From: Anaeramoeba ignava BMAN
Taxonomy: Eukaryota > Protista > Anaeramoebae
Direction: 5' to 3'
DNA length: 64,000 nt
NCBI GenBank assembly: GCA_028826165.1
Contig: JAPDFW010000137.1
Coordinates: 1-64,000 of the forward strand
The position numbers and the translations under genes were made by a program. The first letter of the stretch is position 1. Every line of letters begins with the position of its first letter. Shown piece after piece: positions 1 through 13,918 of the stretch. Below the pieces are notes generated by a model. The model was not told the origin of the DNA, did no database searches, and saw only the letters and a list, made by a program, of their open reading frames with translations.

Positions 1-3000
1 ATATTTTTGTTTGTTTTGAAAATCAAAATTAAAATAATAAATAAAATTACTCTCTAATTTATTATTTATTTTTAATTTAAAAGAAAAAGATTAGATTTAA
101 ATTGTTTTTGTTTTTGTTTTTGTTTTTGAAAAATAAAATAATTAAATTGAGGAAATTTTGTATATTTATTAAGATTTTCCATTAATTTCCAAATATATTT
201 AATTTAATTTAATTTAATTTAATTTAATAAATATATTAAAATCTTTATTAAATTATTAAAAGATTAATTGAAGAAAATAATAATAATATAGATTTATATT
301 TTAAGGTTATGAAAGATAGAGAGATTATAAAGGGAATAAATAATAAAGATGAAAAGAGGAATATATTTATTTATATTTATATTTATATTTATATTTATAT
401 TTTATATTTATATTTATATTTATATTTTGTATTTGTATTTATATTTATATTTATATTTTATATTTATGTATTTATATTTATATTTATATTTATATTTAGA
501 TTTATATTTATATTTATATTTATATTTATATTTATATATTTATATTTATATATTTATATATTTATATTTGTATTTATATTTATATTTATATTATTTATAT
601 TTATATTTATATTTTATATTTATATTTATATTTATATTTATTTAGTTAAAATATCTAAGATAAGAGATAATTACAAAACAAGATAAATTCAATTTGAAAA
701 AAAAATCAAAAATAATAAAATAATTTATCAAAAATTAAATTTAATTAATAAGAAAGAAAGAAATTGAAAATATTCAATCTAATCAATAAAAATATGAGAA
801 ATAAATAATATTTTAAATAAGATTAAAAGAAATAATACAAAAAGTAAATTCTTTTAAATTAAATTAAAATTAAATTAAATTAAATTAAAATTATTCAAAT
901 AAAAATAAAAAAGATTTTTGAATAATTTATAAATAAAAGTGTTAATTATTCTTATTTAAAATTTATAAAAATAATAAATAAATAATTTATAACAAGAAAT
1001 ATCAAAATTTTTCTTATTTTATAAAATTAGGAAATAGATATAAATTTAAAGAAAAAAAATCAAATTAAATATAGAAATTCAAAAATATTAAATTAAAATT
1101 AATTAAAACAAGATATTACAAATTTTAAATTTATATAAATTAATTATCAGAAAATCATTTCTTAATATATTTGGTATTATTAATATTATCAATTTTCATC
1201 TATTAGGAATTATTCAAAATAAAAATAAAAATAATATATTAACTCTTTTTTTTTTTGAAATTTTAAAAATGAAAAGAATAAAATATCAAATAAAAATATT
1301 CAAAATTTATTTAAAAATATTAAAAAGAAAGAAAATTGAAATAATAAAAATGAATTAAATTCACAAAAATAAATCAATTCTAAATTTAAAATATAATTTA
1401 TTTATTAATATTAATGAATTAAATAGAATAAATAAAACTCAAAAATTAGAAATAAATTTAAAAATATATTTCTAAAATAAAGAATAACAATTTCCATAAT
1501 ACAAGAAATATATTTGAGAAAAAGAATATATTTTGAAAATTATTATTAATTTAAGAAATAAATCAAATAGGAATAAAAATATTTATCAAATAATATATAT
1601 ATAAGTAAATATACTCAATAAATTAATAATTATAATAAAAATATTAATATAAATTAAAATAGAAGAATTAAATGTTATTAGAGAATATATGAAATATATA
1701 AATCAATATCAAATTATGAATAAAATAAATCAAATAATTGAAAAAAAAATTAGGAAAGGAAATAAAAATATATAATAAGATGAGGATATTTTAATCAAAT
1801 AAAATAAATAAAATTGAAAAAAAAACATTTGTGATTTAATACTCAAATCATATTTAATATTCAAAATAATGTAATAAGAAATATAAATCATTTTTTTTTG
1901 GAAATCAAAAATTAAATTAAAAATAAAAATTATCTCAAAAATAAAAATAAATATTAATCAAGAAAGAAAAAAAGAAAAAAGAAATATTATCAATCAATAA
2001 AATAATAATTTCAAGATATAATAATGAGAAGAATTGAGAAATCAAAAAAAAAATTTAAATCAGAAATCAATTCTCAATATTTCAATAATTAGAAATATAA
2101 AAGATAATAAATTTAAGAAAAGAAAATTTATATAAATAAATATAAATAGATAAAAAAATTAAGATTGGAATTAATTTAACATAATTTAATTCAAAAAAAA
2201 AAGTAAATAATATTGATAAAAAAATATTTTGAGGAATAAAAAATAGATAATAAAAAATAGATAAATAAATTAATGAATTGAAATGAAAAGAAAAAGAAAA
2301 AGAAAAAGATATTATATTTAATAATAAATAAAAAATAATTTAAATAACTTATTGATGAAATTAAAATACAAGTTAAAGAATCAATATTTAAATAAAATAA
2401 AATAAAATAGAAAATAAAATAATAATCATACAATTTGATATTAAATAAATTAAATAAATAATTCCTTATAATAAATTAATAAAAATAATTTAAAATTCAA
2501 GAAATAGTTCAATTTATGAATATAATAAGATAAAAATTTATCAAAAATTATTATATTATATTATATTATATTGAAAAAGAAAATTCAAAAAATATTATTA
2601 TTATCAATTTATTAAATAAAATAAATAGAATAATGAAAGAATAAATAAAGAATATGAATCAAAAAGTAATAAATTAAATGTTTTCAAGAAGAATTATGTT
2701 TATCTATAAACAATTTATTAATAAGAATATTTATTATTTTTGAAAAGAATATTTGAATAAATTAAATTATTATGAGAATATATCTTGTATAAATAAATTG
2801 GATTTAGAAAAATAATGAATATAAGAATAGAAATTTTAAAGTTACAAAATAAATTAATATAAATAAAATAACCTTATATAATAAATATAAATATTCAAAA
2901 ATATTTTGATATAATTAATTAGAAAATTAATTAGAAAAATTATTATCAAATTTCATCAATATTATTATTATTATTTAAAACTTCTTAAATAAATATTATA

Positions 3001-4560
3001 AGGTAAATAAATATTGAATAAATCAGAAAGAGATATATTATTTATCCCTTTTTATTATTTGGAATGATTAATCATTTTATTATTGAAGAGATAAAATTTA
3101 TTATTGATTATATGATTATATTGATATAAAAATTTTCATATATAGAAATTGTATTTAAAGTTCAAATAATATTAATAACAATTCTTGAAAATTATGAATT
3201 AAAATCAAATAAAAATAAAAATAAAAATAAAAAGGAAATATTAAATATCTTGAAATTATTCTTAATTCAAATAAATATATTGAAAATAATATTCAAAGAA
3301 AAATTCAAAGAAAAACAATTTTTAATTAATTAATTAAGGTTTATAATCAATTTAAATAATATTTCAAATCATTTATAAAATAATTATTTTATAAAATAAC
3401 AATTCTTACATAATTATATTATGTAACAAAAACCCTAATAATATTATTATTAAAAAGAAATAATATCAAAGAATAAATTTAATTGTTAATAAACATATTA
3501 AATCAAGTTTATTTAAAAAAATTAATTTATATTCATATATTTTGACTTTTTGGAATGAAATAAACATTTCTAATTTCATAATTCAAATAAATATAAGAAG
3601 ATAGAAAATAATAGAAAAATTAAAATAAAATTAGAAAATCTTAATTCAAGAAATTATATTCAATCTTTATAAATAAGATAGAAATAAGGAATACAAAATA
3701 TTTCAAAATAATTCAAAGAATATTTATTTTTTAGAAAGATAAAAAGAAATTAGAATGAATCAAGGATAGAAAAAAAAATAACTTATTTAGAAATAATTAA
3801 ATTATAAACCAAAAAAAAAATCAAAGAATAAAAAAATATCTAAAATATCAAAAAAAATATTATTCTTCTAAAATTAATAATTTTCATAAATGGAATCAAT
3901 AAATAAACTTATTCAAATGAAAAATAATAATATGAAATATATCTATGTTATTTAAAAGAAAGAAAAAGAAATATTAAATTATTTTCTTTATTTGTAAATA
4001 TTAAATTTATCAAGAAATAAGAAATAAATGAATAAAAATCAATTCATTCAATTAAATAAATAAACAAAAACTAATAAAATAAATTAACAGAAGGTAAATA
4101 TATGAAAAAAATAAACAATAGAATATATTCAGAAGATATTTGAAATTATATCATAATTTATAGTTAATGGGAAATAGAATATAATATAAGAAAGATGAAT
4201 AGAAAATGAGAAATAATGAAGAAAATAAAATTCAAAATCAAATTCAATAATGAGAATAAAATTAATAAGATAAATAACAAGGATAATTCTGAAAACAAAA
4301 ACAAATTCAAAAATAAAAACAAATTCAAAGAAGAAAAAGAAAAAGATTCAAAGAAAATAAATTATAACAAAGAAAATAAATCTAATAAGGGATATAAAGA
4401 ATATTTGAAAATATAAATTAACAAAGATAAAGATAGAATTAGAGTTAGAATCAAAATAATGAAAAGAATAATCAGAATATTATACAGATTATTTGATAAA
4501 TTATTCTTAATTGAAAAGATTAAATAGAATATGATTATAAAAATTAATTTAAAAATGAAT
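1..4560. other. AT-rich, non-periodic region with no credible ORF; possible decayed sequence
   Basis: Almost only A/T with scattered G and few C on the + strand. ORF-track hits (309, 349, 2191, 4216) are low-complexity artefacts. Confidence 0.4.
360..642. repeat. (TATATT)n microsatellite
   Basis: Hexamer tandem array read directly. Confidence 0.9.
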
Positions 4561-4829
4561 TATTCCATTTTCCTTTATTTTCTTTTTATCAAAATTACTT
4601 CAAAAACATAAAAAAAACATGTAGAAATCTCACTTATGATTTTCTTAATAAAATCAAAAATAAAAATCTTATTTAATATTTCCCCAATTTCAAATTAAAT
4701 TAAATTAAATTAAATTAAATTTAAATTATTTTTTTTTTCAAATGAACTAAATAAATATTATTTTATTTGGGAAATTTGTTTTTGTTTTTATTCAAAAGAA
4801 AAATCACAAAAAAAAATGTTTATTTTTAC

Positions 4830-7800
4830 ATACTATTTTTTTTCAAAATAAAATAAAAACAAATTTTCATTCAATAAATAATTCATTTTTTTCAAAAAAA
4901 AAGGAAATTTTGATTTTGATTTATTTTTACTTTCTATTATAAATAATTTAATATTATTCAATTTAAAAATAAAAATTGATTATTTTTGATATTTATTTAT
5001 TATTTAAATAAAATAATTTTAATTGTAATTGTAATTGTTTTTGTTTTTGTTTTTTGAATAATAAAAATGTAATTTAAATTGAAAAAATTTTATATTATTT
5101 TACATCTTGTTTATTCCAATCATCTCCTAAATTAATAAAATGATTAAAAAGATCCTTATTAATTGGTTCCTTTTGTGCAAAATAATGTAATAAAGTTGCT
5201 CCATAAGTCTTTATTTTTGTTTTTAAATTTAATATTGGAAAAAACAAAATAATTCAAAAAAGAAATGAATTAAAATAAATTATTCATAATTTAAATAATA
5301 AAAATGAGTTAATAAATTAAGAACTAATTGTTGTTAATTTTAATCAAAAAATAATTCAAACCTTATTTTTCTAAATTTATTTTTTAAAAAATTAAATAAA
5401 ATTTAAATTAAAATGTTTTTGTTTTGTTTTTGTTTTTGTTTTGAATTACATAATCTGATTTGTTAAATTCATCATCTAAAAGCTTTAATTCCTTTTCAAT
5501 TTCAACGTTGTTACTCTTTAATTTGTAAATTTTTATGTGTTAAAATTAAATAATAAATCAAAATAGATTAATTTTTTTTTCCAAAATAATAATAAATATT
5601 AATTTAATATTATTTTAATAATAATTTCTTTTTTTTTAAATTTAATTATTTACTGGCTATTTATTAAATTAAATAATTAATTAAATAATTAATAAAAAAA
5701 GGATTGTGAAGAAAAAAAATTGGCAAAAAAAAAGATATTTACTTCCTATTTATTTTATGAATAATTGTTTTTGAATTAATAAATTTTTAAATATTTTATG
5801 AATAAATTAAAATAATTGGTTTAAAAAAAAGGAAAAAAATATTTAATTTTTAAATTCCACAAATGAACAAAATGGCAAGGAAAATATATTTACTTCCTAT
5901 TTATTAAATAATAAATAATTATAAATTAATAAATAAAAAGAATTGAGCATAAAAAAAGGAGAGAATATTTATTTTGAAATTTCTCAAATTAAAAAAATTG
6001 GGAAAATGAGAAAAAATGGGAAATGAAAATATATATTTACTTTCTATTTATTTTATAAATAATTTTCATTTTTATTTTGAGAATTGTTTTTTGTTTTTAA
6101 ATATATTAATTTACAGGCTATTTTGTTTTTATTAAATATTTTCAATTCAAATTATTTAAAATAAATTTATTGATTTAAAAATATAATTACTGGCTATTTT
6201 TATTTGAATGAAAATTATTAATTAGTTTCGGAAATGAATATATTAATAATTAATAAATTAGAGATTAATTAAATTCAAATTATATTTTTGATTTAAATTT
6301 GAAAATATATATTAATTTGAAATAAAATTACTTGTATTCGAGAAAGTAAATCTTTCTCTCTTTCTAATAATTCTTTTTCCTTCTTGATTAATTCTTGTTC
6401 TTTGTTTCCTAAATCAGTTTCTTTCTTGGTTAATTCTTTTTCTTTCTTTTGATTTTCTTTCTTTTCTTTAGCGTTCTTCTTTTCCATCTTTCCTAAATCG
6501 ATTTCTTTCTTTCCTAAATCAGTTTCTTTCTTTCCTAAATCAGTTTCTTTCTTTCCTAAATCAGTTTCTTTCTTTCCTAAATCAGTTTCTTTCTTTCCTA
6601 AATCAGTTTCTTTCTTGGTTAATTCTTTTTCTTTCTTTTGATTTTCTTTCTTTTCTTTAGCGTTCTTCTTTTCCATCTTTCCTAAATCAGTTTCTTTCTT
6701 TCCTAAATCGGTTTCTTTCTTTCCTAAATCGGTTTCTTTCTTTCCTAAATCAGTTTCTTTCTTTCCTAATTCTGCTTCTTTTTTCGTCACATCTTTTTCT
6801 TTGATTTTAATTTCTTTTTGTTTCTTTTTATTATCTTCCTTTTCTTTAGTTAAGGTTTCTTTGTCTTTAGTTAAATCTTCTTTTTCTTGAATTAATTCTT
6901 TTGTTTTCTTTTTAAGATCTTTCTTTTCTTGAATTAATTTTTGTTCCTTAGCTTGTATAGAAGTTTCGATCTATTTATTTTTATTTTTATTTTTGTTTTT
7001 ATTTTTGTTTTTGTTTTTATTTTTATTTTTGTTTTTGTTTTTATTTTTGTTTTTATTTTTGTTTGTTTTTGTTTTTGTTTTTGTTTTTGTTTTTATTTTT
7101 GTTTTTAATTTTATTTTTGTTTATTTTTGTTTTTATTTTTGTTTTTATTTTTGTTTTTATTTTTGTTTTTGTTTTTGTTTTTGTTTTTGTTTTTGTTTTT
7201 ATTTTTTGTTTTTATTTTTGTTTTTGTTTTTATTTTTATTTTTGTTTTTGTTTTTGTTTTTATTTTTGTTTTTGTTTTTGTTTTTGTTTTTGTTTTTGTT
7301 TTTATTTTTGTTTTTGTTTTTGTTTTTGTTTTTATTTTTGTTTTTAATTTCAAAATAAATGAAGTTACATGGTGATTGTAGATTTCAACAACAGTTTCAA
7401 AAGGAAAAAAAGAGAATTTCTGAATTTGATACATTTGATAATCTGAAATTGGATGAAGAAATTGAATATGTTCCAATAATTGAAAAATGGATTTATAAAA
7501 TGGAATTTGTAGATTCTTTAAATGTAATTTTGAATATTCTCGTTGAGGTTTCAAATTGTTGTATTTGAACCATTCAATAACTAAACCTGGAATTAATTTG
7601 AGTTTATTGGTTGTTTTGTTTAAAAGCATCATTTCAATAAAGCAAATAACTTCATGTTGATTGATTTTTTGAACTTGATTTGATTGAATCATTTGGTCAA
7701 TATTCTGAGTTAATAAATCTCCACAAGATTGAATAAGAAAATCTGATGAAATTCTTTTAGATTTAGAATATACATCAACTAAGTTATCTTGATTTAATGA

Positions 7801-8592
7801 TTGTTGAATATCTTTTTCAATTTTGATTTTAAGTTTTGGTAATATTAGTTTATCAGCTAATTTGTGATAAGAATCAAAAGATTGTTGAGGAATTTTAATT
7901 TCTCCAGTATACAAAAAACCCATAACAGGATCAACAATTCCATATTCAAATTCAGCGAAATTGATTATTTCCAAATCTTTTTGTCGGAATAATGAATGAA
8001 AAAATTGGCTTCTCGAACTTAAAATTAATTTATGGCAACGAAATTCTTTTAGATTTTTACCACAAATTATTGTAAAATCAGAAAGGGCTGCTTCAGTTTT
8101 CAATAAAGCTTTGAGGTCTATCGTGCATTCATCAGAAAGTAAAGCATCAAGTTGATTGTTTGGTAAATTCAATAAGTTTGTATTCATTGCATTCATTGTG
8201 TTTGTATTCATTGCATTCATTGTATTTGTATTCATTGCATTCATTGTATTTGTATTCATTGTGTTTGTATTCATTGTGTTTGTATTCATTGTGTTTGTAT
8301 TCATTATGTTTGTGTTCATTGTGTTCATTGTGTTTGTATTCATTGCATTTGTATTCATTGCATTTGTATTCATTGTGTTTGTATTCATTGTGTTTGTATT
8401 CATTGTGTTTGTATTCATTGTGTTCATTGTGTTTGTATTCATTGCATTTGTATTCATTGTATTTGTATTCATTGTGTTTGTATTCATTGTGTTTGTATTC
8501 ATTGTGTTTTCATTCATTGTGTTTGTATTCATTGTGTTTGTATTCATTATGTTTGTATTCATTATGTTTGTATTCATTGTGTTTGTATTCAT
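4830..8592 (-). CDS. BTB/POZ protein with MNTNT repeats, KKETDLG coiled-coil repeats and an ankyrin-like repeat; multi-exon, 3' end uncertain
   Basis: Exon 8592-7369 has the BTB motif SDFTIICG..EFRCHKLILSSRSQFF..MGFLYTG. GT-AG intron 7368-6971. Exon 6970-6332 is in frame with ORF 6293..6790. Six 3-nt exons follow, then exon 5515-5450 (SNNVEIEKELKLLDDEFNKSDY), exon 5208-5104 (TYGATLLHYFAQKEPINKDLFNHFINLGDDWNKQD, ankyrin-like) and two more 3-nt exons. All introns are phase 0. Confidence 0.75.
5654..6193 (-). other. Six candidate 3-nt microexons (CCA, CCT, AAA, GAA, GAA, CCA = PPKEEP)
   Basis: AATAG|NNN|GTAA on the minus strand at 6193-6191, 6117-6115, 6043-6041, 5896-5894, 5745-5743 and 5656-5654, separated by 71-148 nt AT-rich introns. 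Confidence 0.7.
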
Positions 8593-9308
8593 TGTGTTTG
8601 TCTTTGTCTTTTTGTGTTTGTTTTTGTTTAAAAAAAAATGAAAAAAAAATGAAAAAAAAATTTTTTTTTTAATTTTTATTTTTCCTATTTACTCTTATGT
8701 CAAATTTAATAATAAATAATTTAAGTTCCTTATTTAAATAATTTAAATTTAATTTCAAAAAAATAAATTATTAAAGGTTTTTTTGATTAAAAATTTAATT
8801 AAATAATTTTTTTTTAATTTTTTTAATTTAAAATTAGTTTTGATTCTTTTTAAAAAATAATTAAATTAAATTATAAATCAATTTAATGGAAAAAAATTAA
8901 ATAAATTTCCTTTCTCTTCATATATTTAATTGTTATTATTATTGTTATTTTTTTTATTAAATTTTTTTTTCCGATTTTTTATTTATTTTTTTTTTATTTA
9001 ATTTTTAATTAAAAAATTAACACAAATTATCATTAAAAAAAAATTTTGAATTAAAACTTAATATTTATCTTAAAAGTTAATGAATTAAAATTATTAAAAT
9101 AGATTTTTTTTCTTATTAAAATTATGTCTAAATTATCAAGCCTTTTGTTATATATTTTTTAAATATAATTTTTTTAATTAATTTTATTCTATTTCTTTTT
9201 TTCTCACAATTTTATTTCAGAAATTATTCAAGAAGTTTATTTTATTATTCTTTGATTTTATTAATTTTTGTTTTATTTATTTTTTTGTTATTAATTTTTT
9301 AAATATAA

Positions 9309-12300
9309 TTAAAGAGCTTCCCATTTTAAACTTTGAATAAATTCCAAAACAATTTTTTCTTTACTTCTTCCAAATAAAATTGATAAAACTGTTCTTAACC
9401 ATAATTTTGAATTTTCATCTAAAGTTGTTTGCTTTTCCATACAAAAATCAATCAAAACATTTTTTTGAGGAATTTGTAAATGAATTAAATCAATTAAATA
9501 TTGAGTATCTTTTTGGAATAATTCAATAATAACTTGTAAATCAAAAACTCGATTTTGTATTTTTTGAGCTGAAACACCATTTCCATTAGAAAAGAAGAAG
9601 CTTTTGAGTATTTCGATTGTGTAATGGAAAATCAAGGAATGTTCTTTTGGAAGGGATTTGATTTGTGTTTGGGGTTTGTGAAGGAAATAGCCTGTGTTTT
9701 GTGGTTCAAGAGAAAGAAAAGAATGAGGAATCATAACTTTTTTCAAGTTTTCAAAAGTGGAATTGAACAAAATCTCGAAAAATTGAAGATAAATATTTTG
9801 AGGGAGATTTGCGGAGTATATGTATGTTTGGTATTGGAGATATGTGTAAAGAGGTGCGATTAGTTTGCGTGCATAATGTTTGCGGATTTGGACATCTTTT
9901 TCGATGAAATTTCTTCGTCTTTTGGTTTTGGATTTGTTTTGGTTATATTCTGAACTACGTAGATGAACAGAGATCATGTGTTCGAAGAGTGTGAGAATTT
10001 CTGGATCGATTGATTCGACGATAAATTCGATGAGAGTTGTTATTTTGAGGTTTGTGTCATCCTCGGTGTTTGAGTAAAGAGAGTTGAAATTTAAAGGAGA
10101 TTTGATGTTTTGAAGATTATTTTCATTTGTTTCATTTTTTTTCAATAAGGATTTAATATCGAGTTTTAGGAGTTGGAATTTATCGATAATTTTGTTGAGG
10201 ATTGAGATTAGAGAACAGAAATAGCTTGTTATTGTGTAGAATTTTGTGCGTTCGCGTTGGGATTCTTCTGTGATTGTGATAGAATTTACTGAGTCTGACA
10301 TTATTGGAAATAGGTTGAGAATCATGCACATGCTTTGGAAGGAGTTTTCTTGTTTGATACCGCTAGAAATCTCTTCGAAATGGAATGATTCGTAAATCTT
10401 TGCGATTAGGAATTTTGTAATTTTATCAATCATTTTAGAGAAACGAACAATAATTTTGTGGTAGTTGTTATCATTCCAGTCGAGTTTACTGAGAAATTCG
10501 AGTTCTATTTGGTATGTTTTGAATAGATCAAATATCAGCATATTTCCTTGAGATGCAAAAAACTGGCGATCGTTAGCATTATTAAGAAGTGTATTTTCAA
10601 TCCAGCGTTCTTTTTCTTGGCGGAGATATTCCAGCCATGCTTTTAAGATGGGAAGAAATATTCTGGAAACTGGGAATAATTCCAAAGAACGGATATCTAA
10701 GTTGCTCAAAATGCTGTTGAATTTTGTTAATTTTTTGGAAAGCAAAAAGTTATTAATTTTGTACGAGTTGTCGCTAATCATCAATTTGAAAATATCTGTG
10801 AAAAGTATTTTTGTGTATTGAAGAACTGTTATTTCCAGCAAAGGGAAATGTTTTGGGAAGCTTTGTGAAAATAAGTATTCGTTGATATCAGTGATTTGTT
10901 GTTGAACAAGATCGACAACAGTGAGCATTTTGATTTTATCTTTTTCAGTTTCAAGAAGATGGAAAAATTCTGAAAGTTCTTCTGTTTCTTGTTTCGGTTC
11001 AAAGACTTCCATGATTCGCGGTTTTGCGATTCCGTTGTGGTGTTGTGGTTCAAGAAACAAGCCTTCGACTGCGGTTTTGAGTTCTTCGATGTATGTGTCA
11101 AGAGTTTCCAATGCAAGAGGATTGAAAATATTGAAATAATTCTCATAAATTCCTGAGATGATAAGAATGGAAAGAAGTATTTCTGTTTGTGAAGCGCGTT
11201 GTTGGATCTCTGTGAGATATACATTTGTTGTGGATGTTAGTCCGAGTTCCTCTCTCTTTTCGTAATACAAGTCAAAACTAATCTCGAAATTGGGGATTTG
11301 AGAGATATTGATTAAAGTGGAGAAAATATTTATGCAATGATGCAAACAACCAGAAGGTTTGTTTTGAGGGAAAATTAGTGAGAATTGTTGGATATTGAGA
11401 GCCACGAGGTCAAGCAAGCGTTGGAAGATTTGTCGAAGGAGAATATTTTCTTTTCTTGTAAATGCGCCAAATTGTGAATTATCTCTTAATTGTTGTTCTA
11501 TTTTGGTTAATAGAAAATCCACACTAAATAAAATTCTTCTGTCTTCTTCCAAATTTCTTGTTAAAATATCCAGTAATGTTACGCGTAAATAGTTTTCATT
11601 TAGTCCGAATCTTAAGACGAATTCTGTAATAAGATCTGCAAAAACAGGAGAAACAAGAATCGATAGAATATGCCATGTGTTAATTCCAGATTTTTGGGAA
11701 ATATTTTGGCTATCAATATCATTAATTTCATTAATTCCAAAATTTTCCAAATTTTCTTCTTCTTCTTTACGACGAGAAAGAACACCAAAAGGAGAACATA
11801 AGGCTTTCTCTATGATATCAATAAGTATATTGTGGAAATCCAACAAACTTGTTGTTGTTTGTTTTGTGCTAATTCCTTTTGATGGTGAAATGTAAATTTG
11901 CTTTAAAATATCTGGATCAGGTTCTTTTTCTTCTATAAAATGTTCCATGCTGATCTTGGCTTTTCCTGACACTTGGTCTGTTGATTTCGATTTTTTCAAT
12001 GTGATCCAAGCTACTTTCCTTGTGTTTATGTTCAAAGATCCTGTGTCGATATCAATTTTGCCAAGTGGAATATATTTTTCTGAGTTATTTTTGGCTTCCC
12101 AAAGAGATATTGTTATTGGTGAATTTTTTTGGCTTAATACAAATGTGAAAACTTGGGCGTTAGGCCATTTGATTTTCTTTTCTATTGGGATTGCTGTTGT
12201 TTTTCCACGTAAATTTTCATAATCAAATTTAGCGAAAATTTTAGATTGTGGGTTATTTGCTTTGATTCCTTGGATAGCAAGAAGAGATACGCTTATTTTA

Positions 12301-13771
12301 TTAGCTGTAGGTTTTTTGAATTTCATTTCAGTTTGTAAATAATTTGATAGTTGGATTTGTTTGTGTTTTGAGTGTTGGATTTGTTGTTGTATTTCTTCTG
12401 TGGAACGAATAATTTTTTTGAGTTGGAATTTTTCTGATTCCATCCAATTATTATAATGGGTTTCATTTTCGAAATTATGTTTTGAATATAAGGAATGGTT
12501 TGAAATTTTTGAGAGTCTTTCTTCGAGAAATTCTATTGTATTCTTTTTTTAATCAAAATAATAAAAATAATTAAAATAAATCAAAATAAATTAAAATAAA
12601 AAATAAATATACTATTGGATAATTCCAATTTTCTAAATTTTTAAGGATTGTAGCTTGAATAGAATCAGGAATTCCAAAACATTTTTGAAGAAAATTTAAA
12701 TTTTCTTTAATATGTCTAAATATTTCTTCAGCTTTAATTTCTTCATCATTATTTAAAATCTTTTTTTTTTTTTTTATGAATTTTAATTTTATAAATGAAT
12801 TTTAATTTTATAAATGAATTTTAATTAAATTTTACTTGTGAAAATTCTTGTGAACATTCAGTAAAAGCATTATCATTGGATTTATATTTACGTTTCTTTT
12901 TGAGTGTATTCAAAATATTTTCAAAAGAATCAGAAAGATATTGAATTACAAGTTCATCTTCTTTGTTTAAAATGGTTGAAAATATTTTTTTCATTTCTCG
13001 AAGAGATTTTAGATAAAGTTGATTAAAAATTGTTTTTTCTCCTTTTTTAATTTTAGCTTCAAGAAGACCAATTTTTTCCATTGTAAGAGAAACAATTTTT
13101 TTTAATTTTGGACGAGTAATCCTGTTTCCTTTTATTTTTTAAATAAATTTTTTAAATAAATTTTTAAATGAATTTTTAAATAAATAAATTTATTAAAAAA
13201 CAAACTTTGAAATCCAAATTGAATAATTTCGGAAACAACTTCATAATATTTAACAGAATCATATTTCCTTTTTAAAGGAAACAAAACGCATTTTAGAAGT
13301 TGTTCATAATCTGTTATTGATTCTTGATTTAATTCACTAAAAAATTGTTTTTTAAATTGAAGTTCTGATTTTGATTGAGAAGATAATATTCTTTCATGAA
13401 GTTGTTGAATTGTAATATATTTAGTTGGTTTTTGAATGAATTGAGCAATTAAAGGATTTGTTTTTTTTTGAGCAATTCTAGTTGAAATAATCTGATGAAA
13501 ATAAAAATATTTTAATTTTATTCAAATTTTTATTCAAATTTTTATTCAAATTTTATATTTATTTATATTTATTTACAGCTTTAATACAATCTATAATTGA
13601 TTCATGTTTATAAACTTCTAAATATTCTTGAACTGTTTTTCTTGCATCACTTATCATTTTTTGTTGTTTTTCTCTAAAAAATTGATAAGGTTTATTTGAT
13701 TTTCCAAGTAATTTGAAATGACTTGATTCATTCCATTGTATTCCCATTAATTCAAAAAAGGAATCTGACAT
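9309..13771 (-). CDS. C2-domain plus Munc13/MUN-like helical protein
   Basis: Exons 13771-13577, 13491-13206, 13128-12836, 12759-12613 and 12542-9309 join in frame. C2-like segment ISVSLLAIQGIK..IKWPNAQVFTFVL..ITISLWEA..PLGKIDID..WITL is followed by a long helical region resembling MHD1/MHD2. Confidence 0.65.
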
Positions 13772-13918
13772 TTTAAATTTTTTTTTTTTGAAATGAAAAA
13801 TGAAAAATGAAAAATGAAAAAAATGAAAAAAATTTATTTATTGATTTTTTTCTTAATTTAATTTAAAATTCCGATTTATCTTTTTTTAAAATTAAAATAA
13901 AATTAAATTAAATTAAAA

